Of a stretch of 64,000 nt of DNA, positions 28,832-41,784 are shown in pieces. The DNA comes from the human T2T-CHM13v2.0 reference genome, Homo sapiens. Under the pieces are notes generated by a model, which was not told where the DNA came from, did no database searches, and was given only the letters and a program-made list of their open reading frames with translations. The stretch is from the NCBI RefSeq assembly GCF_009914755.1, contig NC_060931.1. One strand, given 5' to 3'. The position numbers were made by a program, and so were the translations under genes. The number at the start of each line of letters is the position of its first letter. Positions within the stretch are counted from its first letter, which is position 1.

Positions 28832-30522
28832 CTAGCACAATAGTACTCAACAATCCAAAATTCACATAAATACAGCAATATTTGGAAGCTTATTCTCAGT
28901 CATGTATTTTGTTTTAGGGCCTCCATGCCTACCTTCCTCATGCACATAAGCAATATATGTTGGGCACATTTAAACTGTAGGACTTACTGTTATATTTTGT
29001 GATGTAATTTTTTGCTATGTCTCCTAATAGATTCTGAATTCTGACAGCAGAAATGAATCTAACTTTAAAAATTATATAAATGCACCTAGAATAATATGCC
29101 AAAAGTTCATGTGCCTATTTTTAAGAATTTCTTCTTGATCACATTGTACCATTTTGTTTCAGATGTTTTTATTAAAGTTAAAACATTTTTAGGCAAGTTG
29201 TAGTCTTCTCTGTTCACTCTATCAGTTAAATTTCCCTCCATTTCTTATCTCATGCAAACATACCCTGAATTTAGTGTATCCATCTATTCCATGTGTTTAC
29301 TGCCTTTACATAAACACACACAAATATTGTGAGGTGTAACCCTACATAAACCCTTGTTCATAGATGTATTGTCATGTAGCAAGGTACTTACCATAGTGCT
29401 AATTGTTGAGGCAAAACTTTTTGGAAAGCTATGTGCTTTTATTAAAGTGAAAGAACAAATAAAATGTGGTAAATGCGTAGACTGTGATATCATTCAGCAG
29501 AAAGAACTAAGGCCACAAATAACTAAATGAGTAATATTAAAAACATTATATTGAATGAAAAATAAGAGAAAATTAAATCCATAAAGTAGGGCAATGAAAG
29601 CAAACTTAAAACACATAAAACATCACTATGCATTCTAAGTGGATGAACATATATGAAAACAAATGTATAGAAGCTGAATTGGAATTATCCACATCTAACA
29701 CACAAAAGTGGATGGCAATAAAGAAAGGGCAATGGAACCATGGTGGGTAACAAAGAATGGAAAGCAGGGACACTATATGAAATTACGATAAAATGATACT
29801 GCGAACTGAGGGGTGAGATCATCTCAGCACTGTGTTCCTGATTTTACCCTTTAACTACCCCCCAAAAGAAGATTGTTCTATTTATCTAGATGTTTGGATC
29901 TTGACAAATCTAAAATTATGAAAAATTAAATTTGCCAGGCCTCACATCTCATGCATGTTTGATTCAATTCTAAAAGTTTTTCGTTTTCAAATTTATATTG
30001 TACAGTGTTATTTACAGCAAAAATGTTCTATAAAATGTAACAGTGCATCAGTATAACCGAAAAAAATTTTAATATATGACCTGGTGATGAAAGAGAACAT
30101 AGGGTGGTTGGCAGGAATACAGGGACACAGTACGTAGGACTTTCCAGTACTTCAGCCTTCTGATTTAAGAAAATGCAAATATATAGTGGTGATGTTACCA
30201 TTTTTCTCAAAGGAAAACAGCCATACTTTGTATTCTTAACCAACAAAAACTCATTTTCTCCTGCCCTTGAAATAAAAGTGTGATAATCTCAGTCACCATC
30301 ATTATCATAATCTATTTACATTTGTGTGGAGCCTACAGGGCACACAGAATTTAAAGACGGTGTGATTGTATGCAAGTGTGAAATGAGAGAACATTAAAAA
30401 CCTATGGCCAGTACCCTTAGACCTTTCTTTTCTGGTTTAGATAAGACAAAAACACAAACATCGGTAGCGTATTCCCGCCCTGTACAGCCTTTTCATAGTC
30501 TGTGGTGGAGTTTTTGCTTTAC

Positions 30523-30680
30523 CTTTCTTCCCTACTTCCTACTGGGGTCCCCATATACTCAATGAAACCAATCACCATACACAGTTCTACGTTTTGAGAC
30601 CTGTCCTTAGTCAAAGGAGAAATGACAAAATCTCCGAACAAGAGGCAACCTCGGAAAAGTTCTTCCCAAGTTTGCTCATC
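30523..30680 (-). pseudogene. Lectin-domain exon 1 relic
   Basis: Strong acceptor tttttctgctctag and donor AAG|gtaaag; 158 nt; DEQTWEELFRGCLLFGDFVISPLTKDRSQNVELCMVIGF...SREE keeps the spacing W-x6-[W]-x2-F..IS-x5-[W]-x6-C-x3-G...REE. Confidence 0.75.
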
Positions 30681-31194
30681 CTAGAGCAGAAAAAAACGAT
30701 GGCAGCTTACGTGTCATGAGCCCTTCCTGTGAACTTGTGGTGTGCCGATCCTCTCACCTGGGCTATCTCATTTAACACTTTAACCATCACTACAGCCCTT
30801 AGAGACTGTAACTGTTATTATTTCTACTTTTGATGACAAACTGAAGTTTAGAAAGAATACATTGATCAAGTTAGTAATTAGTTACTAGCTAGTAATAGGT
30901 AAGGCTTGAATACAAGAAGACATTTGTCTGTCTGCCTCCACAATAAACACTCTGAGCTCTTATGCCAAGTTGAAGAAAATGAGATTGAAAAATTAAGTAC
31001 CGATGTAAGTCATATCACCAGACAATGCTATCATAGCTTTTTATTACAAAGGATACAGTTTATTGACTGTTAACTGCATTCCCAACAATGTAATTGACAC
31101 TCTAAACACATCATCTATTATAATATTCATAATTATTATATCGGAAATATATATCTAATTATAATTATATAAATCTAATACAATAATTTTTATA

Positions 31195-33465
31195 ATAGTG
31201 TGTCTCCTCTCACCACTTTTATTCAATATCATACTGGAAGTCCTAGCTAATGCAATAAGAGAAAAGAAAGAAATAAAAGGTAAATATTAAGAAGGAATTA
31301 AACTGTCTTTTTTCATAGATGACACAATTGTTTATATAGAAAACACCGAAGAATCAAGGGAAATAAATTTCTGGAACTAGTAAGCTAGTATAGCAAGATT
31401 GTGGGATACGGAGTAAACATACAGAAGTATCATATTTTCCTACATGACAATAGATAATTGAAACTTCCTAAATGGCAGTGAACAATTGGAACTTGCAATT
31501 AATAACACAACGCCAAAAAAAAAAACATAAAAAGAGAGAAAAGAAAAACAAAAACAAAAATTTAAAGAAAAAATTAAAAAGGAAAATTAATACTTAGTTA
31601 TAAATTGAACAAAGTATGAACAAGATCAATATAAGGAAAACTACAAAACTGAGGAAAGAAATTAAAGAAAGTTAAGAAATGGAGAGATACTCTATTTTAG
31701 GGATATCTCTCCCTATGATAGGGAGACTCAGTGTTAAAATGTCAGTTCTTACCTACTTGATCTATAGATTCATTGCAATCTAAATCAAAATTCCAGAAGG
31801 TTATTCTCTGGATATGAATATACTGATTATAAAGTCCACATAGGCAAAAGATACAGAATAGCCAACATAATACTGAAAAACAATAAAGTCAAAAAAAGAA
31901 ACTCTCCTACTTTAGCAACAGTAATCATGAAAGTGTTTTTTTTAAAAGGATAGATAAATAAATCAATAAACAGAATGGGAGCCAAAAATAGACACATACA
32001 AAAAAAAGTACCCAACTGATTTTTGACAAAGAAGAAAAGACAATTGAATGAACAAAGAAGAGTGTTTTTATGCTGGAAAAATTAGATATCCACATGAGAA
32101 AAAAAAAAGGATCTACACACTGACCTTATAGGTTTCATAAAGATTAGCCCCAAATGAATCATAAAATTAAATGTAAAATGCAAAACTACAACACTTCTAG
32201 AAAGATAGCAAAGAAAAAACACTTAGGTTAGCCTGGCTTAGCAATAATTTTTTAGATACGACACCAAAAGCACAATTTGTGAAAGAATAAAACATTAATA
32301 TAGTGGACTTTATTAAAATTAAAACCTTTAACTCTGTGAAAGACAGTCTTAAGAGAATGAAATTATAAGGCACAGATGGGGAGAAATATTTGCAAAACTC
32401 CTATCTAAAGGACTTGTATGCAAAATGTACAAAGGACTCAACATTCAGCAGTAGAAAAACAAACAAACCTATGAAAAAGTGGGCAAAAGATCTTAATATA
32501 ATCCTCACCAAAAAGGTGTATAAATAAAAAAAGCATATAAAAAGTTGTTCAACATTATATGTTCTTAGGAAATTGCAAATTAAACAAGATATCACTACAC
32601 AACTATTAGAATGGCTAAAAGCCAAAATACTGAACACGAATTCTGACAAGGATTGGAAACAACAAAAACCTCTTATTCATTGCTGGTGGGATTACAATAA
32701 GGTGCAACCATATTTGAAGAGGTTTGGCAGTTTCTTACAAATTTAAGTATACTCATACCATACAACCAAGCACAGCACTCAAGTATTTACCTGAATGCAT
32801 TAAAGATGTAGGTCCACAGAAAACCTCTCATATGAATATTTATAGTGGCTTTATTCATCATTGCCTAAAACTGGAAGCAGCCAAGATGTCTGCCCTTTAT
32901 AAGATGAATGAATATGCAAATTGTGGTACATCCATACAATAGAATATTACTCAGTAATAAAAAATGAGCTAAGTCATGAAAAGAAATGGAGAAACTTTAA
33001 ATACATATTGCTAAGTAAAAATAGCTGTCTGAAACAGTTAAACACTGTATGAGCCCAACTATAAGGCACTCTAGAAAAGCAAAACTCTACAGATAGCTAT
33101 AGGTTGTTCTGTGGTTGTCAGAGACTCTGGGGAGAGGGGAAGGATGAATAGATGGAGCACAAGGCTTCTCAGGGCAAGAAAATTATTCTGTATGATATTA
33201 AAGGGACAATACATGCATTTGGCAAAACCTGAAGAATTTTACAACACAGGAGTGAATCCTCATGTAAGCTATGAACTCCAGTTTAAAAATGATATATAAA
33301 TGTAAGGTTGCCAATTGTAAAAATGTTCTACACTAATGCAAGATGTTAATGATAGGGGAAGCCATGGGGTTAAGGGTGTACATGGGAACCTTTTGTACCT
33401 TCTGCTAAATTTTTCTGTAAAATGAAAACTGCTAAAATATAATCTATTATTTTAAAAAAATAAAA
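31195..33465 (+). mobile_element. L1MC1/2-like LINE, 3' 2.3 kb (copy B), inserted into a MIR
   Basis: ORF2 3' part, 3'UTR and A tail; MIR-like halves at ~31055-31140 and ~33462-33525. Confidence 0.88.
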
Positions 33466-33865
33466 TGAAGAACTAAAGCTATGACATGATTATCTAACTT
33501 CTTGAAGGTCATGTAGCAAGTTGTGGGAAGACTGCCACTCTGTGTTCCTATCTGCTTCATTAACTACTGGCATACAACAGTGCCCAAGACTGATTTCAGT
33601 ATACTAAGTTCAAAGAGCTTCATAGAGTTTTATCACACTGCTTGTCCTCAATCGTTCTTGGTGCCCATTTCTCTTTTGACTTTAGGGAAGAGCATCACAT
33701 TGTACTCCAAGGATTCATCCTCACATTTCTAAAGAATGAATCCCTTTTTGATAACAAGCAGGGCATATCAATTCTTTCAACTTTGGAGTCTTTCTTTGTC
33801 TTCACCAATATTCCTAGTGAACCTGAGCCATTTCTCAAGTCATATACACTTGTTAGAGGACTCAC

Positions 33866-33967
33866 CCTCTTGACATCATCTACTTGCCTTCTTCAATCTT
33901 TATTCATTGCTAGATCTAATAGGCTTGTTTTTAGGTTTGCCTCAACAGTCTGAATTATCAAAGTATC
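33866..33967 (-). pseudogene. Neck/stalk exon relic
   Basis: Acceptor tgttcag, donor AGG|gtgagt; 102 nt (symmetric); DTLIIQTVEANLKTSLLDLAMNKD*RRQVDDVKR; both splice sites are also present in the paralog at 5487-5602. Confidence 0.6.
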
Positions 33968-34492
33968 CTGAACATGTATAATGATATATAAATTAACATC
34001 CTTTCAATTCAATCAGTATTTGAGTAAATACTGAAATACTTTGAATGACTCCTAATATTTGAATAAATACTCAAAATCTGAGAGTACATATTCCCCCTTT
34101 CCATACATACACACATACACACACAAAGACAGAAAGATAGATAATAGAGACAGAGAGAGAATGAGAAAGAAAGAGACAGAATGTTGCTATGTTGTTACTA
34201 TTGCATAAAATGTTTCTGTTTTTAACTGCCTGCATATTCTGACATTACATAGTTATATGTAGTAAAAATATAATTTAGGATGCAAATAGTAGAGCAATAG
34301 AGAATCCCTTACCCCCATTAATGGCTCCAAAGCAGATGCAATGTAGGGTGGCTAGTGCAGGGGTGACACAGCATGGATTCCCACAGGGAAAGCTAAAAGA
34401 ACACTGGGGGGGGTGTGCTGAGCCACGGTGCTGGAGAGATGCGTGGGACATACAGTTGGGTAAAGAAAGATTACAGGAGTATTAAGGACCCG

Positions 34493-34500
34493 TGACGTCA
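34493..34500. promoter_or_regulatory. Full palindromic CRE (TGACGTCA)
   Basis: Exact motif; function not shown. Confidence 0.3.
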
Positions 34501-35529
34501 TTTTAGATAAACTTCACTAAAGGCTGGAAGAGCTTCTGGACTCTTTCCCCAGAGTAAATATGCCACTCTTTGAAAAGCAATGTTGCCCTGGAGAAAGAGA
34601 ACTTTGACCCCTAATATAACAAAACAAAGAAACAGGTTTTAAGAATATTACACTACATATATATAGATATATGCAGTTTACATGTATATGTGGTATATAT
34701 TTATATATATAAGCTTTGAGTAAATATACATAAACTTTGTGTTTATATCTATATATAAGCTTTGAGTGAATTCAACAAACATTTGAAGTTTTAATTAAAA
34801 AAGGAGTTGTTTATAAAAAGTAAATTTCAGATAATTTGCTCTAGGGTAACTGAATATTGTAAATTACCCTTTGTGTCAAGTCCATAAACTAAGACATTGG
34901 AAAATATTGAGACAGAATTTATTGTAGCAAAGAGTGTTTGAATTTAGAAATGAGAAAATAATAAGGTGGCCAAGGGTTGGATTTTCTCTTGTGTTTTTGT
35001 TCATGTTTACACTTAATCTTTACTGAAATTTTCAGAGAATAAAACTATTTATGAATGTTGATATTCAAATCCATAACCATAATATATAATTTTTGAAGGA
35101 AGACATTTAAAAGCATTAATTTTTCTATTACTGTTCAATGTTTCTCTCACACAAACTCTGAGGTGCAATGAATATGTGAGCATTTAGTAACTGAATAAAA
35201 TCTATTCATGTTATAAGTATGTAAAGCTTACAATGAATTTCCCAATATATAAGGATGAATTTACAAAACAAATCTCAGTATTGTAAAATATTAGTTTCTG
35301 CAGTCATGTGGATGGATGTAGATTGAAAAAATAACAGTTCCCTCCCTCACCCCAGTTTATAAGGGTTTGTATGCACATATGCAACCCAATAGTTTGGAAA
35401 TAAGGAAATTATGGTATCCTGCCAATTGAACAACAGGGCACACAAATAATTGAGTCATAAATATTTATGCTTATGAAAAGAGAGTAATTTAGAGGCCAGA
35501 GCAAGACTAGTACATAATCTAACTGAAAA

Positions 35530-35639
35530 AATATAGAAATATAATAGGCCAGTTAGAAGCAAAGATATTGTCAACTTAGAAAACAAAATAATTGTTATAG
35601 AAGCAATCCACAAAAGCACCCCCTTAGGAAGGTGTTGCT
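35530..35639 (-). pseudogene. Transmembrane exon relic
   Basis: EQHLPKGVLLWIASITIILFSKLTISLLLTGLLYF, hydrophobic, resembles DCIR FPKLLCASLLIFFLLLAISFF; weak acceptor, donor not visible; upstream TTG|gtgagt donor at 35778 may end the cytoplasmic exon. Confidence 0.55.
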
Positions 35640-36129
35640 CTTGAAAATCAGACACTAGTATCTCCTCTTCTTCAATATCCATATTAAGGACATAATTATA
35701 ACAGATTTTTATAATGTGATATTACAAACCTTTAAATCATATGAACATAAACTTCCTTGCTTAGAATTCATACTCACCAAGCAAACATATGATTACTTGT
35801 CTCTCTGTGTATTGAGACTGCATTGGCCAGGTTACTACAAAGTTGGTAACCAGTTAAACTTTCCAATTTGTAATTTTTAAAAATTAATAAATTGACATGC
35901 AGGTTTACATAATTGTATTTAATGGAAGTCTCAAGAGCATAAATAATGAATTCACTAAAATTCAGGGAATACCCTTATGATACTTTCATGAGACATGTGG
36001 CCAGATGATGGTACTCCTGGTAACTCGTCTAAATCGCCCTCTCTCTAATTTCTCCAATTGCCATTGGGTGTTTTTATATTTGATGGATTAGTTGAAATTA
36101 GTAGGCCATTGCAGACAATTAAATGAAGA

Positions 36130-36197
36130 ACTCTTACAAGGAAATTGAACTCAAATGTAACTTCATGAGTACAATGCATTAATCAACTGAACTAACC
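36130..36197 (-). pseudogene. Decayed tRNA-Ile-like sequence (tRNA pseudogene or SINE head)
   Basis: ggttagttcagttgattaatgcattgtactcatg...gagttcaatttcc resembles GGTTAGCTCAGTTGGTTAGAGCGTGGTGCTAAT...GGTTCGATCCCC; A- and B-box relics. Confidence 0.5.
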
Positions 36198-39100
36198 ATG
36201 GAATATATTTCATCAAGTTCTAATAAAATCACTACAATATCAGATGCAACATGAAAAACCCAGCCTATCAACCCATCAAGCTCACTAATATAATATCCCA
36301 CATAGAGATTTGATCAATAACGCCTACAGAGATTGGGCTAGAGAATATTAAATCTAATGTTATTCTCTAGATTACATGTCTAGATGACACACTTGGAAAA
36401 TGTGTTTTATTTAATATTAGTAATTCCCTCAAATATTTGCTCTTTCAAGAACTAATATTACTTTCATGGGTTTTATCAAACTATTCAGGGAGAAAAATAT
36501 ATTAAGATTAAAGATATGCTGGAATTAATTGCATTTTCATAAATCTGATCTATAAATCTCATACGAATCTGGAAATCAGACCCAGTTTTTGCCATATAAT
36601 TTATAGATATATACGTTATCTCAAATGAAAGTCATAGTGTCTTATTAATTCCAGGATTTTAAATAAACAGTTCAAAGTAGTAAATATTTATTTTTCTATA
36701 TTAATTTATTAGTATCTAATATACCTCTGAAAATATTATGATTTTGTAGTTTCTGGAACTCATTTGTACACTGTATACATTGAAATGTAAAACTACAGTT
36801 GTGTCTGTTGGACAGCATCATATATTAGAAAAATAATGACTAGCAGAGTTGATTATTTATTTACTTGTTGTTCGGCAATCATGGTCACAACCTGATGATC
36901 TTTTCTTTATTGGCAAGGGCCTCATCCTTTCTATCTGAGACAACTTGCACATAAATTCTGAGTTTCCAGCTCACTTGTTATGAACACTTGGTCCAAATCC
37001 TAAGTGTGTGCCATAAACCACACTGGGTAATGATATCATGGTGGCACTCTTCCTGTGCTTTTTATAAATCAACATTTATTAAGAATTACATTGTTTTGTC
37101 ATACACTGTTATAGAGGTTGGAGATGTAAGAGTGACTGAGAGAGACATGTCCCCTTCCTTAGAAAGCTGTGAGAATGCTGGCACAAAAAGCCATGCCTTA
37201 CAAAAACAGGAGGAAATCTAGAGAGCTGGCCAAGAAAGTTACACAAACCAAGAAGAAGATCCAAGCAAAATTATTGGTTATATTCTGCCTAGAAATAAGC
37301 AAGCAAAAAACATATTGAAAAGCCTCTGTTGATTCTTATTTGGAGACTAAAACAGTAAACCTTCATGGGATCAAAAATATCACCTCCAACTTAAACTGTA
37401 GACAAGGCAGAGAATAGAAGATAAGTTTTCATAAAAACCAAATCGATGAAATAAAAGGTATTAGGTCTATAAAAATTAAAAGGAAAATTATAAAGAAAAC
37501 ATAAAATAGAAGATGATAAAATCGTTTCTTGTGCACAATGCGTACTATCTCAGTAAAGAGCAGACAGATCATGAGGAGGAGAAAGAAATAAGAGAGATAA
37601 GTGTCCTCCCAAGGCCTCATGCTCCAGACCTAAAATTAACTTGCTTACTAACCACTAAATTAATAAAGCCCAAACTTTCTGAATTTTAAGTTTACTTAAA
37701 CAAGTAAATCCCATATGCACTCAGACATAAATCAAGAAATACATTTTTAAAAGGCAGAAGAGTTCTATATTTCAACAGAAAATAACTGAATCATAATGAA
37801 ATAACACATGCAGAGGTTTGTGTAGTGTAGATTATTACCAAAATGTTTCTAAGCCAAGCCAAGTTGCTATGAGTAAGAAAAATAAGACAAAAACTACATA
37901 TCAATGTTCCTAGAAAAAATTCTTCTCACCTACTCACATATATATCTAAACTTGCACTGAAGCCAATTGATAGGTGAGTCAGATATGAACTCTCAAATTA
38001 GGAAGATGTGGTAAGATAGAAATATCAGTCATGAGATATACATTAGATAACAGAAGGTACCTAAATCTAAGCAAAGACATAAAATACTTTATAACAATGC
38101 ATAAGTCAAAATAACCTAATATTAATATATAAAATAATAATAAATATCTCAACAGCAACACTAAAATATAGATTTAAAAACTAGATTACTTTAAAATGTT
38201 AGTTTTATGCAAGAAACAAAAGAGAAAGTAAATGCAATTTAAGACTTTATACACGTGATCTTTAAAGATACTCTTTTCTTCTTTAAACTAGTAACTAGGG
38301 AGAAATAATTGAACATATGATTATGAAGAAGTAGTAGAATAAAGCATGAACATAAAATATTCAAATCGTTGGAAGAAAGAAAAGAGGAAGAAAGATAGGC
38401 ATGCAATTTATTGTGAAGCTGTTGTCCAGGAGATGTCTAAAGAGCCCATGGGTTCAATGCAGTGGACGTTCCAATGAGGGGGATGCCTGAACCAGGTGTT
38501 CCTCCAGCTGTCATCTTGGGCTTAGACCAGCATCCTATAAGCAAGTAATGTGTGTAGATTAATCTGCTATTTCAGAAGTTATTGTATAAGCCTGGACCAT
38601 GCAAAGGCACACCACGAAGTGCTGATAGTAGAGAAAGACCTCAGACCTGGGCAACATGTGCACGGTGGAAGCTGATGCATTCTGAGTGATCCCCACGTAT
38701 TCCCCAGCTGTCCTCTGAACACATCCCTATATCTGCAATTGCACTAACCCTAAAGTTAGCAAATGCCTGATTTTTCAGTTGTTAGATATGAATATGAGTC
38801 TGATTTTAGGGTATAACCAATTGGTAGAATCAACCCAACTATCAAAGATGATATAACAAGAAGAAAGGATGAAATGCAAGAAAATTTAAAAGAACTAAAA
38901 CAACACCAGAATATATAAGCTTGGCTGTTATTCAGAAAGCAGAACCTCTCCTTTGATAAGGCACAGAGTCTCAGTTGTTATTTCCAAGTAATGTAAGAGC
39001 ATATAAATGCTTTTAACACAAAATTAAGGTAAGAAATAAATATAATTGAGTGAAAAAGTAATATTATAAAAATTTGTGTACAATCTGCTCCAAGATTATA

Positions 39101-40448
39101 AAAATTACACAGGTATTCTCCAATGAAGAAGATATATATGTATATACACAGATATATATGAATATATATATGATAACATATGATATATATGATTACATAT
39201 ACATATCTATATAAACACAAATAATATATTTATTTGTGTATAATATATGTATAATTACACATTGGAATACATGTGTATAATTATACATCAGAATATATAT
39301 TTTAATACTGGGTGACAAGATTACCTTAATTCTTATTTTCTTTTTTTCTTTGTATTTCCCAATGTGAATATTTTTATTATTTGCTTAAAGAAAAAATATA
39401 CTTGTTACAAACAGTGAATCTAACATGGCAATGAAAGCTGGCAGGCTTCTATTCTCTCAGTGAGAGTCACTGAGTTGTCATTCAAACTAGCATCTTTTTA
39501 TGACCTTTGCCAATGAGCTTAAGTCCCATTCAACCTTCATATTCTCAACACAGTCAACCTCCTTTTTCCACTCCATGAGTCCTTGGTTGTCTTTGGCCGA
39601 TGAAAGCTGGTCACTGTACATGTGGATCTCCAGGTGTCACACCTTGAGAGTAACTTTTTTTTGTATATGTCACAAGAAGTGTATGCAAGATGGCATTTTT
39701 TCACTGTAACTTCATGAGATCCCATCCATTAGAAGCAACTGTTGGAAGCCACATCAGTGGGAGCGGAGTGATGCCCAAGGTTTGGCCCCCTTCCCACAGA
39801 GGTTCACTCCATTGTAGCTTCGCGCATACGTCTCACAGTTCAAGGTAAGTGCAACAGCCCAGTGCAAATGAATGTTTTTCTCACTGCTCTGGTTTTCAAA
39901 AGAGATTGTGGCTGGAGTCTGTTCCTCCTTTTATCCAGCTCCCACTTGGATGCTGAAAGATTGAAGACAAAGGAATGTACTCAGATGACACAAAAGTCAT
40001 CCAAAGCTGTTAGACTATGACTTCACAGTTGTGTCCACTGACATCTTCAATGCTGACTTCAATTAGGAGATGGTGTTAAAGCTCTTAAGCATTTCCCAGA
40101 TTTTACCTGGCACAGGCCACACTTTTTGTGTAAAAGTCGTCTCCATGATAGACTGCCACCCATTTCCCAAGGCTCTTGATGTCCACACATGTATGTAGTA
40201 TTTCTTCCCTGCTTCTCTTCTGCAGGAGGCATAGCCACACCTTTTATCTTCACTGCCCAGCAGCAAGAGGCAAGATAGAGATAAAGGGCAGCTTCACACA
40301 CAGCACAGAAGCGGTGGGGGTGAGCTCCCATCAGATCTTGGTTTAAAGATGTGGCCTTAAATTCGCCCTGTCATTTCAGTGAAGTTGCTCAAATATTTGG
40401 GGCTTGATTTCCTCATCAATGAAATGTAAATAGTTCTTATAGCAGATG

Positions 40449-40878
40449 TTGTGAATATTCCATTCATATTCCCTGGACAGCCCAAGAGTCATCACAGACA
40501 TGTGTCTGGCTCCCTGCGTTTCTCAGTCAAAGGACTCTCTGGATGCAGCGCTGTTCAGTCCTTAGGGCAGGCTGAGAGTGCCCAAGAGTTAATGCATCAA
40601 GAGCCAATCTCAGAAAACGAGAGAGGTTTGCTGGTGGCTGGATGCCTCAGCTTACTTGGTGGAGACAGCTCTCAGCAGGCACCCCATAAAATCCAGCCCC
40701 AGGTGTCATGGTGCCAACTCCCTCTATGCAGCAGGATTTACTGGCTTTCCATCCTTTCATGTCTTCCTTCTCCATTTCCTTAGTGTACCCCTTGGGGTCC
40801 CCTCCCATATCACCTACTGTGCTTAAATCCCTATCTCAGGACCTGCACTGGGTAGTGGTGAAATCTAAACTCATGTAG
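40449..40878 (+). mobile_element. LTR16-like solo LTR (ERVL)
   Basis: 3' motif cctccca...ctactgtgcttaaatccctatctcagg; gtgcccaagagttaatgc. Confidence 0.65.
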
Positions 40879-40996
40879 CACTAGAGGATAAAAACACAGT
40901 TTATGATGATGACATAAACAGAGCATCTACAAAGTGTGTAATACAGAGCTTGATGCAGAAGAGAACTTTAATGACTATAACATCCCTTCATCCCTA

Positions 40997-41453
40997 TGTG
41001 ACTGAAACACCAGGGTTTGGTCTATATTCTATGCTCAACGCACAGAAAACCAATGACCGAGATGACGAGAATTGCCAAGAAAGAGGCTTTAATCAGGTGC
41101 TGCAACCAAGGAGATGGGAGCTCAGTTTCAAATCCATCTCCCTGAACGGCTAAAACTAGAGGTTTATATGGCAGGGAAGAAATGTAATAATGCATAGCAA
41201 AGCAGGAACTAGGAAGGGGCAAAGAAGCAGGCATCATGAAGGAGGGGCCCCAGATCTCACTGTCTGGATGTGGTGATCGGTGAGTTTTAGTTCTCTGTTA
41301 CTTTTTTTTGAGAGTCCTGAAGGCAGTTTCCTGAGGAAGGAATTCAGATAACACAAATGTAAGTTTCAAGCTTTAACACCAGAAGGTCCTTTTTCTTTAT
41401 CAAAAAAATAAAATTTTAAAAAAACTGTCTATGGGACTATTGCATCTGTTTCA
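40997..41453 (-). mobile_element. ERV1 solo LTR (MER4 group, MER83-like)
   Basis: TG...CA ends, perfect 4-bp TSD ccta; minus strand starts tgaaacagatgcaatagtcccatagacag. Confidence 0.85.
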
Positions 41454-41784
41454 CCTACCCACAGTGTCATGTGGTAGACACTCCGTTTTCCCTGCCAGAG
41501 TCTAAAACCACATGAAAAGACAAACGGGTCAATAGGTGGAAATAAAAGGTGAGATCTATTCCTGTTAGAGAAGCAGTAAACATGGTTTAGGTCTGTAGAC
41601 AGAATTTGTTTTCAAAACCAGAAACCTCAAATTAGAATCACTTGCACACCTTATCATAGGCAGCACTGAAAAATGGAAGGTAGTGAACACAAGTGCAGAC
41701 AAATGCAGGAGAAAGAGAGGGGTCAAAGGTATGTCTTCCCAGGTCTTCTTCCTCAAAACATTGTGAGTAAGGGGAGCCAGGTTC

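Larger units (their letters stand above)
28375..35830 (-). pseudogene. Unprocessed type II C-type lectin receptor pseudogene (CLEC4/DCIR/Dectin-2-like)
   Basis: Exon relics in the expected order: TM, neck, CTLD1, CTLD2, CTLD3; sizes and phases fit the family; multiple stops and frameshifts. Confidence 0.7.

Noticed and set aside
34868-34888. 21-nt minus-strand mini-exon (YGLDTK) between the TM and neck exons
   Set aside because: Splice-like sites only; no support from homology or from the paralog
35455-35682. 75-aa ORF as a functional single-exon membrane microprotein
   Set aside because: Better explained as a decayed TM exon plus intronic read-through
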